A DNA stretch of 24,895 nucleotides. It comes from Myxococcota bacterium (GTDB lineage Bacteria > Myxococcota_A > UBA9160 > UBA4427). The position numbers were made by a program, and so were the translations under genes. The notes beneath the pieces are model-generated. The model saw only the letters and a list, made by a program, of their open reading frames with translations, was not told the DNA's origin and searched no databases. This document shows, piece by piece, positions 8,025 through 17,011 of the stretch. How positions within the stretch are numbered: the stretch's first letter is position 1; every line of letters starts with the position of its first letter. The DNA lies in assembly GCA_036336835.1 (NCBI GenBank), contig JAYZFK010000069.1, forward strand, positions 1 through 24,895, given 5' to 3'.

Positions 8025-10730
8025 TTGCGTTGCACACGGGGCGTGAGGCTCGGGGTCTGGGCGCTGCTCGGCCTGCTCGTGCCGTTCGCCGCGCATGCGC
8101 AGATGCAGCCGGTGCAGCTGATCTGCGAGTATCTACACGACCCGCTCGGCGTCGACGCAGTCCGGCCACGACTGAGCTGGCAGCTGAAATCGGGCGAGCG
8201 TGGCGTCTCGCAGACGGCCTACCAGGTGCTGGTCGCAAGCACAGATGCGGGCCTCGCTGCCGATCAGCCCGACGTGTGGGACAGCGGCCGTGTGGAGTCG
8301 AATCAGTCGCTGCACGTCGAATACGGCGGACCACCGCTCGCGTCGTCGAAGCGCTACAGCTGGAAGGTTCGTGTCTGGGATCAGGCTGGCGCGATGACGG
8401 TCAGCGAGCCGGCCTCGTGGAGGACGGGTCTGCTCACGCAGAACGAGTGGCACGGGCATTGGATCGGTCGCACCGAAGACACCCGGTACGCGCCCGCTCC
8501 ATTGCTGCGCCACTCCTTCGAGCTGCGACGCGAGGTCGAGAACGCACAGCTCTTCATCAGCGGCCTCGGCTACTACGAGCTGCGTTTGAACGGCGCGAAG
8601 GTTGGTGATCACGTTCTCGACCCCGGTTACACCGCGTTCGATCGTCGGGTGCTCTACGTCAGCTATGACGTGACCGCGCAGCTGCACCGCGGCGCCAACG
8701 CAGTCGGCGTTGTCCTCGGCACCGGCTGGTACAACGTGCACAGCCTGGCTGTCTGGGGCTTCGACAAGGCTCCGTGGCGGGCCGCGCCCAAGCTGTTGTT
8801 GGAGCTTCGCGTCACCTATGACGACGGCAGCAGCGAGACGATCGTGTCGGACGAAACGTGGAAGACGTCGACCGGCCCGATCACGTACGACAGCATCTAC
8901 GGCGGGGAGTCCTACGATGCACGTCTCGAGCGGTCGGGGTGGGACACCGCGTCCTTCGACGACTCGTCGTGGCAACCGGCTCTGCTCGTCGCCCCGCCGG
9001 GCGGCCAGTTGGTCTCGCAGCAGATGCCTCCAGTGCGGGTAGTCCGACGATTGACTCCCAAGAAGCTCACGGAGCCGCGTCCGGGTGTCTACGTCTTCGA
9101 TTTCGGGCAGAATTTCGCGGGCGTCTCGGAGTTGACGGTCGACGCGCCGGCTGGCACGACGATCGCGCTGCGGCATGGCGAGCGCGTCGCGAGTGACGGC
9201 TCGCTCGACGTGGCCGAGAGCATGCGTCACCAGCGCCAGAAGCCCCCGCGCTTTCAGACGAGTGAGTACACCACCGCGGGCGGGGGACCGGAGACCTGGT
9301 CGCCGCGGTTTACCTACTACGGCTTCCAGTACGTCGAGGTCAGCGGCTTGCCGAGCGAGCCGTCGCTCGACACGCTCGCGGGGCTCGTCATCCACACTGA
9401 CGTGGAATCGGCTGGCGAGTTCGTGTCGTCGAACGAGCTGCTGAACCGCATCCAGGCGGCGACGCGCTGGTCGTACCTCAGCAACCTGGTCTCGCTTCCC
9501 ACCGACTGCCCGCAGCGCGAGAAGAATGCCTGGACCGGCGACGCGCACCTCGCCGCAGAGCAGGCACTGTTCAACTTCAAGCCCGCTGCCGTCTACAGCA
9601 AGTGGCTCCACGACCTGGTCGATGCGCAACGAGCCAAGGGCGATCTCCCGGGCATCGCGCCGACGTCCGGGTGGGGCTACGGGCGGCTCAACGGGCCGGC
9701 CTGGGACAGCGCCCTGTTGCTGATCCCGGCCTACATGCACCAGTACTACGGCGACGAGCGAATCCTCACGCGCCACTACGACGCGTTCAAGCGCTATGTC
9801 GACTACGTCACGAGCCGTGCACCCGGCGGTATTGCCAATTTTGGCCTCAACGACTGGGTTCCGTACAAAACCAGGACGCCTGCGGGCATTACCTCCACCG
9901 CGTACTACTACCGGGACGCGCAGATCGTCGCACGGACCGCCGAGTTGCTGGGCAAGCATGACGAAGCCGAGCAGTACCGGCAGCTGGCTCAGCGCATCTT
10001 CGACGCGTTCAACGAGCGGTTCTTCGATCCCGCGAACGGCAGCTACGGAAACGGGAGCCAGACGTCGATCAGCTGCGCGCTGTACCAGGGGCTCGTCGGA
10101 CCCGAACATCGGGGGGCAGTGACCCAAAGTCTGGTGCAGGCGATTGCGCAACACGACGATCACATCGACACCGGGGTCCTCGGCGCGAAGTACGTGTTGC
10201 TGGCCCTGACGGCGAACGGTCGAACCGATCTGGCGTACAAAGTCGTCGACCAGAAGACGCTGCCCGGCTGGGGCTACTGGATGCAGCAGGGCGCGACGAC
10301 CCTCTGGGAAGATTGGAAGGGAACGCAGTCGCTCAACCACATCATGTTCGGCGATGTGAGCGCCTGGTTCTACAAGGCGATCGCCGGGATCAACCCGGAT
10401 CCGGCTGCACCGGGCTGGGCGAACGTGATCATCAAACCCTCCGTGCCCCCTGGCATGCAGAGTGCGCGAGCGAGGTACGATTCGATCCGCGGCACGATCG
10501 CCAGTGCGTGGCAGATCGACGGCGCCAGGCTCACCCTCGTGGTCGAGATCCCGGCCAATTCGCGCGCGGCGATCTTCGTTCCGACGCCAGACGCGGATTC
10601 GGTCCAGGAAGGCGGCCAACCCGCGTCTGACGCGCCAGGCGTTCGCTTCGTCGAGAGTGCAAATGGCTACGTGCGCTACGACGTCGGGTCGGGTCGCTAC
10701 ACGTTCGAAGCGGCTCGCCCGCTGCCCTGA
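8025..10730 (+). CDS. Alpha-L-rhamnosidase, glycoside hydrolase family 78, secreted
   Basis: Signal peptide (AAHA). N-terminal PRLSW..WDSGRV, GLGYYEL, DFGQNFAG, FTYYGFQYV, PTDCPQREKNAWTGD, GATTLWEDW and SLNHIMFG motifs. Start may be GTG 8043. Confidence 0.95.
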   Translation: MRCTRGVRLGVWALLGLLVPFAAHAQMQPVQLICEYLHDPLGVDAVRPRLSWQLKSGERGVSQTAYQVLVASTDAGLAADQPDVWDSGRVESNQSLHVEYGGPPLASSKRYSWKVRVWDQAGAMTVSEPASWRTGLLTQNEWHGHWIGRTEDTRYAPAPLLRHSFELRREVENAQLFISGLGYYELRLNGAKVGDHVLDPGYTAFDRRVLYVSYDVTAQLHRGANAVGVVLGTGWYNVHSLAVWGFDKAPWRAAPKLLLELRVTYDDGSSETIVSDETWKTSTGPITYDSIYGGESYDARLERSGWDTASFDDSSWQPALLVAPPGGQLVSQQMPPVRVVRRLTPKKLTEPRPGVYVFDFGQNFAGVSELTVDAPAGTTIALRHGERVASDGSLDVAESMRHQRQKPPRFQTSEYTTAGGGPETWSPRFTYYGFQYVEVSGLPSEPSLDTLAGLVIHTDVESAGEFVSSNELLNRIQAATRWSYLSNLVSLPTDCPQREKNAWTGDAHLAAEQALFNFKPAAVYSKWLHDLVDAQRAKGDLPGIAPTSGWGYGRLNGPAWDSALLLIPAYMHQYYGDERILTRHYDAFKRYVDYVTSRAPGGIANFGLNDWVPYKTRTPAGITSTAYYYRDAQIVARTAELLGKHDEAEQYRQLAQRIFDAFNERFFDPANGSYGNGSQTSISCALYQGLVGPEHRGAVTQSLVQAIAQHDDHIDTGVLGAKYVLLALTANGRTDLAYKVVDQKTLPGWGYWMQQGATTLWEDWKGTQSLNHIMFGDVSAWFYKAIAGINPDPAAPGWANVIIKPSVPPGMQSARARYDSIRGTIASAWQIDGARLTLVVEIPANSRAAIFVPTPDADSVQEGGQPASDAPGVRFVESANGYVRYDVGSGRYTFEAARPLP

Positions 10731-10751
10731 GCCAGGCCCTGCGAGCCGCCT

Positions 10752-12986
10752 CTAGGGCGCTTCGCCCCCGTAGTCGACGTAGATGGGGGACGACCAGGCC
10801 CGCTCCTCGGCCGGTGCCAGGCAGTCGTCCTCGCTGGTGAGACGGTAGTCGCCGTAGCAGGGGGCGACGGCAATGGCGTTGCCCCGGGCATCGAACCGGG
10901 TCCGCAGGGTCGCGGCGTTGATGGCCGGCGTCGCGATCTGGTGTGCGCGCACGTAGTAGGCCGTGTCGCGTCTCGCCGCCGGGAAATCCGGGTCGTCGAA
11001 CTCCACCTGACAGCCGTCGGGGTCGGGCGCGCAGTCGAAGCTCCGCCAGGGGTCCTCGATCAGGGGAGCGACCGGTTCGCCCGGTCGCTGCTGGAATCGG
11101 ATGCGGATGACGTCAATTCGAGCGATCGGTTGGCGGGTGTCGCCGGGGTGGTGGCACTCGTCGCGGCAGAGGTGATGAAGTCGCTCCGCGGAGAGCGCCG
11201 AGATGCTCTCGTCCGGGCAACCGGGCTGTTGCACCAGTGAGCCGGCGGCCCGTACCACGAAGCTCGGCGCGCCGCGAGTCGCGATCTCGCTGCCCATCGG
11301 CGTGCGCTCGCCCGCCTCGCTCACCAGATCGAACCACAGCAGGATGCGCGGTCCGCTCGTGCCGTACACCTCGCGGCGCATCAACGCGTCCCAGATCGAA
11401 CGGCGGCCGCGGCCGGTCGCGTGGACCGCCACGATGCCTCCGGGATACATGAAGCTGGCCTCGCGCTCCGTATCGAAGAGCTGGCCCATGCGGTTGTCCT
11501 CGACTGGCTGGGCACGCCGGGGGTCCTCTACCTCGCCGGTGACGAAACCGCGCACCGTGTCGAAGGTCTCTCTTTCGTGGACGCCGCGTGCGTCGGTCAT
11601 GACGATGCGATCGAACTGCTTGTATCCGGTGCCCGGGCGCGCCGCGTGATTGTCGGTAGAGGAGATGAATCCCCAGCGAAACCGGAGCGGACGTCCATCG
11701 GCCCCCAGCTCGTCGAAGTTCGAGATGGCGGTTCCGTACTGGGCGGTCTGGCCGGGGCGCAAGGTCATGGCCGGCTTGAAGCAGTCGCGACACTGGTCGC
11801 AGTCCAGCCAGTCCTCTGCGGTGGTGCCGGGCAGGATCCACTCCGGCGTCACGCCTGCGCTGAGCACGAGCTGCCGGGCTTCCTCGATCCTCGCGTCGCA
11901 CTCGTCGGACGGCAGGTCGCCACAGCGGGCACGCATGATCTCACCCGCCTGCCAGCAGCACGGCAGGTAGTCCGGGGTCGGGGCAGGGCAGATGCGCTCG
12001 CCCGCTGAGTCGGTCAGGTACTCGGCGTAGTCGCGGAACTCTTCGCCGTTGCCGTGGCCCGAGCTGATTTCGACGAGTCGCTGCATCGCGGGATCGTGCT
12101 GCGCCCGGGTGAGCTGCACGTCGAGGCGAGCGCCCGGCGGCGCGTGGACGCCCCAGGCCAGTCCGTGGGGAATGACGAGGGTTTCCAGGTTCCATTCCGC
12201 GAGCTTGCGGAAGAGCTCTGCGGGCGTTGCCGCGTTCTCGCGACAGTTTGCTGGAAGCTCGCGCACGGGCACGCCCGCTTCGCAGTCGGGGATCTCGGAT
12301 ATGTCGGCCATGAACGACAGCACGTCCGCGTACTCGGAATAGCCGAAGAGATCGACGGCACCGGCCGCTGCGCGCATGGCCCAGCTCGGCGGTGCCGCCT
12401 GGTCGCCGACTGCCAGCGAAGTGATGGGCCGCGCCGGCAGCTCGTCGTCGGCGAGGCCCGGGTAGATCACGTTCTTGTGCCCGAAGTGTGTCTCGGGGCT
12501 CGGCCCCGTCTGCGTCCACTCCCAGCCCATGAACGCGACCAGGTCGGGGTCGCCATCGGCGCCCGCCCCCGCGACATCGTTGCACTGGCGGATGCTCTGC
12601 TTCGTCCGCTGCCACAGATCGGGCGTGAGCCCCTCGGCGTGGTCGTTGATCGAGAAGAAGTCGAGCCCCGCGCAGTGCCTGGCGAAGTCGCACGCGTCGG
12701 CTGGTGGATGCGCCCCCTCGCCGGAGAACAGCGGCAGCGAGTAGAGGAAGGCGTCGATCGAATAGGTGCTGTGAACGTGGAGATCCCCGAACAGGATCTG
12801 CTTCTCCGCGCGCGGAGGCGCTGCTCCGGCCCGGGCCACGGTGCGCTGCCGCTCGGCGATGGCCTCCCGCGAGATCCTCGGGCCTTCGATCGTGCCGGCC
12901 GGCCGCTCGGGCCCCTCGCACGCGAGCGCGATCCCCACCCATGCTCCGAGTCCCACAAGTGCGATCCGCTTTCGCCGACGCGCCAT
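10752..12986 (-). CDS. DUF3604 domain protein (PHP-like metallohydrolase fold), probable lipoprotein
   Basis: FGDLHVHSTYSIDA, NDHAE, GWEWT, HKNVI, IPH, STDNH, REVYGTSGPRI, YYVRA and ERAWSSPI motifs. Basic N-terminus plus LAC lipobox-like signal; GGAGG RBS. Confidence 0.88.
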   Translation of the reverse strand: MARRRKRIALVGLGAWVGIALACEGPERPAGTIEGPRISREAIAERQRTVARAGAAPPRAEKQILFGDLHVHSTYSIDAFLYSLPLFSGEGAHPPADACDFARHCAGLDFFSINDHAEGLTPDLWQRTKQSIRQCNDVAGAGADGDPDLVAFMGWEWTQTGPSPETHFGHKNVIYPGLADDELPARPITSLAVGDQAAPPSWAMRAAAGAVDLFGYSEYADVLSFMADISEIPDCEAGVPVRELPANCRENAATPAELFRKLAEWNLETLVIPHGLAWGVHAPPGARLDVQLTRAQHDPAMQRLVEISSGHGNGEEFRDYAEYLTDSAGERICPAPTPDYLPCCWQAGEIMRARCGDLPSDECDARIEEARQLVLSAGVTPEWILPGTTAEDWLDCDQCRDCFKPAMTLRPGQTAQYGTAISNFDELGADGRPLRFRWGFISSTDNHAARPGTGYKQFDRIVMTDARGVHERETFDTVRGFVTGEVEDPRRAQPVEDNRMGQLFDTEREASFMYPGGIVAVHATGRGRRSIWDALMRREVYGTSGPRILLWFDLVSEAGERTPMGSEIATRGAPSFVVRAAGSLVQQPGCPDESISALSAERLHHLCRDECHHPGDTRQPIARIDVIRIRFQQRPGEPVAPLIEDPWRSFDCAPDPDGCQVEFDDPDFPAARRDTAYYVRAHQIATPAINAATLRTRFDARGNAIAVAPCYGDYRLTSEDDCLAPAEERAWSSPIYVDYGGEAP

Positions 12987-13184
12987 GTCCCCTCCCGAGG
13001 TCGCTCGTCGCAGACCATCGCCCGCTGAGACGGAGGTCGCTACGCAGACCCGCCATGCCGCGGGGCGGTGTCCGTCACCGACGGCGTTGTCGAGGCGATC
13101 GTGCGCTCGTGTCGCCGTTTGACATCACCGATCCCTGCGGTTGGTGCGAGTCGGTCCGGTGGCGACGGCTCCGCTGGAGGACAC

Positions 13185-14651
13185 CTACGGTGCGGCGGCA
13201 TCCGGCGCGTCGATCGCGACGCGGCGCGCCTCGTCGCGCATCGGCTGGGCGTCGGCTGCGAGCAGGAAGCCCGCGCGGACGCTGTCCTCGACCGCCTGAT
13301 CGAATGCCTCCTGGTAGGCCGATGGGCTCCCGTAGAGCATTGTCAGGGCCTTCGGCGAGAAGGGCTCGGTGATTCCGAAGAGTCGGCAGAAGACCCCGCC
13401 CGAGTTTCCTTCGCCCGACAAGGTCGAGACCGGTACGTCGACGGGGGCGCTGCGGATGCCCCCGAGCGCGTTGCCGAAGCCGTCTCGCAGGATCCGGCCG
13501 GGATCCCCTGCGACCACGCTGAGGCGCGCCGCCGGCGGAGGTGGCGAGCCGTCGCGCGCCCAGCGACGCAGATGGTGGACAGCGGCCTTCAGCAGGTAGT
13601 GCTGAGGTCCATCGTTGATCGGGAGGGCGCAGCTCGCGATCGGAGAGTTTTCCTGAGGCACTCGGTTGCTGTCGCGCATGGCCACGGTGAGCTGATAGGC
13701 GTCGGCATGGGCGGTGCCCGCCGCTTCCCACAGGCGGAACCGGTCGCTGTCGGGCTGGCGTGCGCGATGGAATCCCAGGCCGATCAGGTCGGTCTCCGTC
13801 GCAAACGTGAGGACCGGTACCGTGAGGTCGTCGCGAATCCTCACGGGATCGGGTGCCTTGCGCTCGGGCTCGGGAGCCTGGCTGAGCGGAGCCGACCCGC
13901 CGCCGCGACTGTGCACGAGGAAGGCGTCGTAGACCCGAGCATCGGAGTGGACGGCGTTGAGGTAGGTGGCCAGGCGCGCCGCCGATTGCGACTCGCCGAT
14001 CGCGATCAGCTCCTGGATCTCCGCGCCGTCGAGCGGGTCGGCGCCCTCGGGCTTACGCAATGCCCGGGCGACCTGGGCGAACAGGTCGTAGGAGTAGCTG
14101 TCCCCGGGATGGACGAGCGACGCGTAGCGCTTCGGGTCCCAGACCTTGAGCGCACCCGCATTGCCGAGTGCGGCGCGCGGGTGATCGGCCGGGAACCCGT
14201 CCACTCCCACGGCCTGGGCCGACACGCCCACCCAGGCGTAGCCGTCGCGCAGGAGCAGGCCGTGGAGGAAGGCCCAGTCGGGCCCGGCATCGAGGCCCCC
14301 CGACACATTGAGCCACTCGACGAGCACGGTTCCGTTGAAGCTCGCCGCATCGCGCGGCCTGCGAACCAGGATGCGGGTCCGATAGGGCGCACGGCCCGCC
14401 GGCGTCACGCTCCAGCGACCGTCGGGTGTCAGGGGCGCGTCGCTGGCAAATGCCCGGGCCGAGCCCTCGATGAAGAACTCCTCTTCCACGTAGCCGTGCG
14501 AAGTCAGGTCGAGAGCCGTTCCGATGAAGGGAAAGCCGTGCGCTCCGCCGGTGATCGGACCTTCCAGCGTCGGATGCGCGACCTCTGATGCCGCGGCAGA
14601 GGCGGCTCCGAGCAGGAGCGAGCAGACGAGGGCGAGGCGCGCCGTGGACAT
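13185..14651 (-). CDS. Secreted alpha/beta hydrolase domain protein
   Basis: Signal peptide from ATG 14651. GYVEEEFFIEG, FNGTVLVEWLNVSGG, nucleophile motif GESQSA, ETD, and GTAHAD (His). Confidence 0.88.
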   Translation of the reverse strand: MSTARLALVCSLLLGAASAAASEVAHPTLEGPITGGAHGFPFIGTALDLTSHGYVEEEFFIEGSARAFASDAPLTPDGRWSVTPAGRAPYRTRILVRRPRDAASFNGTVLVEWLNVSGGLDAGPDWAFLHGLLLRDGYAWVGVSAQAVGVDGFPADHPRAALGNAGALKVWDPKRYASLVHPGDSYSYDLFAQVARALRKPEGADPLDGAEIQELIAIGESQSAARLATYLNAVHSDARVYDAFLVHSRGGGSAPLSQAPEPERKAPDPVRIRDDLTVPVLTFATETDLIGLGFHRARQPDSDRFRLWEAAGTAHADAYQLTVAMRDSNRVPQENSPIASCALPINDGPQHYLLKAAVHHLRRWARDGSPPPPAARLSVVAGDPGRILRDGFGNALGGIRSAPVDVPVSTLSGEGNSGGVFCRLFGITEPFSPKALTMLYGSPSAYQEAFDQAVEDSVRAGFLLAADAQPMRDEARRVAIDAPDAAAP

Positions 14652-14808
14652 GCCCGCACTATGACTCACCGCCTCGGAAAGGTGTCACCCTTGGCGGCCC
14701 GCTGGGCTCCGCGGATCGCGGCGGCTCGCCCGGGCTCTCGCCGACCCGGCGCCGCTCGCGGTGGGCGAGGGTTCTGCGGCGATCTCGAATCTCGCTACCG
14801 TGGCCGCC

Positions 14809-16395
14809 ATGCCCGGCTCCGGTGGCTCCTATCTTCATTTCGACGACGAGCTGGCGGCTGCTGGTGCCGGAATGAGCCTGTCGTTTCGCGCCGCGCTCCA
14901 TCCCGAGCGCGATGCGATTCGGAGCGAGCACGGTGACCGCTCGTTCGCCGAGCTCAATGCACGCTGCAATCAGCTGGTGCGCGCCTTGCGAGCGCATGGG
15001 CTCGCAGCGGGCGACGCCGTGGCCATCGTTTCGCACAACCGTCCCGAGTTCGCGGAGCTGCAGTTTGCTTGTCTGCGCGCGGGCTTTCGACTCACGCCCG
15101 TGAACTGGCACGGCACGCCGGACGAGGTTGCCCACATCGTCGACGACTGCGAAGCGCGCGCGCTGGTGGTGGATGCGAGCCTGCCCGAAGCTGGCGCGCG
15201 GTCGCTCGAGCGGGCGGGGAGTCGGCTGGCCGCGCGCCTCGCCGTCGGCGGCGCGCTCCCGGGCTTCGAGCCGTACGCGGAGGCGCTCGCCGGCCTGGCC
15301 GAGCACGACATCGACGATCCGCGGCTCGGCGACGTGATGCTCTACACCTCGGGAACCACCGGCCGTCCCAAGGGGGTGAAGCGCCCGCCGCCCGATCCGA
15401 AGACCGCCGGTCTGGGGCTCCGGGCGATGACGGCCGTGTTCGGTTACCGCGCCGACGACGGCGACGTCTCGCTGGCGACTGGACCGCTGTATCACTCGGG
15501 GCCGCTCAATATCTGCATGCAGTGGCCGATCTCGTCGGGTGTGCCGGTGGTGCTGATGGATCGCTGGAGCGCGGAGGGGATGCTCGAGCGGATCGAACAG
15601 CACCGGATCACGCATACGTTCTGTGTGCCGACGATGTTCCATCGCCTGCTCGCGCTGTCCGAATCGGTGCGCACCCGCTACGACGTCTCGACCCTGCGCT
15701 TCATCATCCACGGCGCGGCGCCGACGCCCGTTGCCGACAAGCGCCGCATCATCGAGTGGTTCGGCCCGATCGTGACCGAAATCTTCGCGGCCACGGAGGG
15801 CCCGGGGACGTTCGTGAGCTCCGAGGAGTGGTTGAAGCGTCCGGGGACGGTCGGGCGTCCGAACCCGGACGACGTCCGGATCGTCGGCGACGACGGCACG
15901 CCGATGCCGGTCGGCGAGCCGGGGACGCTCTACCTGCGCTCGGCGCCTGGCTCGCGCTTCGAGTATTACCGGGCCCCGAAGAAGACCCGTGATGCGTTCG
16001 ACGGCGACTTCTTCACGGTCGGCGATCTCGGCTACCTCGACGACGAGGGCTATCTGTTCCTGACTGGGCGCAGCGCCGAGCTGATCCTGATCGGCGGGAG
16101 CAACGTGTATCCGGCCGAGATCGATGACACGCTGCTGCTCCACCCCGAGGTGCGAGACGCCGCCGCGATCGGTGTGCCCAACGAGGAGTGGGGCGAGGAG
16201 GTGAAGGCGATCGTCAGCCTGGTCGACGGCGTGCGGCCGTCGCGTCAGCGGGCCGAGGCGATCCTCGCCTACGCACGCGACCGGCTGCCCTCGATCAAGG
16301 CGCCGAAGAGCGTCGAGTTCGTGGACGAGATCCCGCGAAGCCAGGCCGGCAAGCTCTACCGCAAGCGCCTGCGCGATCGCTACGTGTCGGACTGA
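14809..16395 (+). CDS. Acyl-CoA synthetase (AMP-binding, ANL superfamily)
   Basis: YTSGTTGRPKGV P-loop, PLYHSGP, HGAAPTP, FAATEG, FTVGDLGYLDDEGYLFLTGR, GKLYRK. Start chosen at ATG 14809 (ORF track: GTG 14761). Confidence 0.95.
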   Translation: MPGSGGSYLHFDDELAAAGAGMSLSFRAALHPERDAIRSEHGDRSFAELNARCNQLVRALRAHGLAAGDAVAIVSHNRPEFAELQFACLRAGFRLTPVNWHGTPDEVAHIVDDCEARALVVDASLPEAGARSLERAGSRLAARLAVGGALPGFEPYAEALAGLAEHDIDDPRLGDVMLYTSGTTGRPKGVKRPPPDPKTAGLGLRAMTAVFGYRADDGDVSLATGPLYHSGPLNICMQWPISSGVPVVLMDRWSAEGMLERIEQHRITHTFCVPTMFHRLLALSESVRTRYDVSTLRFIIHGAAPTPVADKRRIIEWFGPIVTEIFAATEGPGTFVSSEEWLKRPGTVGRPNPDDVRIVGDDGTPMPVGEPGTLYLRSAPGSRFEYYRAPKKTRDAFDGDFFTVGDLGYLDDEGYLFLTGRSAELILIGGSNVYPAEIDDTLLLHPEVRDAAAIGVPNEEWGEEVKAIVSLVDGVRPSRQRAEAILAYARDRLPSIKAPKSVEFVDEIPRSQAGKLYRKRLRDRYVSD

Positions 16396-16444
16396 GAGCC
16401 GGGGCACCCCGCGGAGAGGTGCGGATCGGCTCTATACTGCAGGC

Positions 16445-17011
16445 GTGGTGCGGGGGCTGGAGCAGCCGAGCGACGACGGAGCGACGCGCATCGCGATCGG
16501 ACTGCTCGCCGCGACGCTGCTGAGCGCGGCGCTGCTCGGACTCGCCGCCTGGATCGGCGAGCCCGAGGCCGCCCGCGAACGACCCCATTCCGAGATCGTC
16601 GGCATGCGCCACGGCGGCGACGGCGCCGCGCTCACGGGCCCGTTGCTCGCGATCGGTGCGACCTTCGGGCTGGTGCAGATCGCCTTCTTCGGCCTGTGCT
16701 TCGCGCTCGGCGTTCGCCGTCGCGAGGGCCTCGGGCCGTGGCGCCGGCCACTGCTGCTCGGTCTCGCGGCCTTCGCGATCGTCTGGTTGCTGCTGATCGG
16801 AAGCTACGTCGGCTACCTCCACGATCCGGCAGGGACCGCGCGCTTGCTGGGCTTCCCGTTGCCGACGGCGATTCTGCTCTTTGGCATCTGGCCGCTGCCG
16901 GTGGTGTTTGCCGTCCTCTATCTGCGTCACTTCGATCACGTACTCGACGAGACGCGTCTGGCGCTCTTCCGGGCACGGCTCGAGGCGCTGCGCGCGGAGT
17001 CCGAGGACTGA
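16445..17011 (+). CDS. Hypothetical integral membrane protein (about 4 TM), coupled to the symporter
   Basis: Four hydrophobic segments. Its stop overlaps the next start (TGATG at 17009-17013). Confidence 0.8.
   Translation: MVRGLEQPSDDGATRIAIGLLAATLLSAALLGLAAWIGEPEAARERPHSEIVGMRHGGDGAALTGPLLAIGATFGLVQIAFFGLCFALGVRRREGLGPWRRPLLLGLAAFAIVWLLLIGSYVGYLHDPAGTARLLGFPLPTAILLFGIWPLPVVFAVLYLRHFDHVLDETRLALFRARLEALRAESED

Noticed and set aside
8133..10619. 828-aa antisense ORF
   Set aside because: Mirror frame of the GH78 gene with no recognisable motifs.
13067..13185. tRNA or tRNA-Sec interpretation of the multibranch fold
   Set aside because: Too long, with no T-loop (TTCRA), no UCA anticodon loop and no CCA end.
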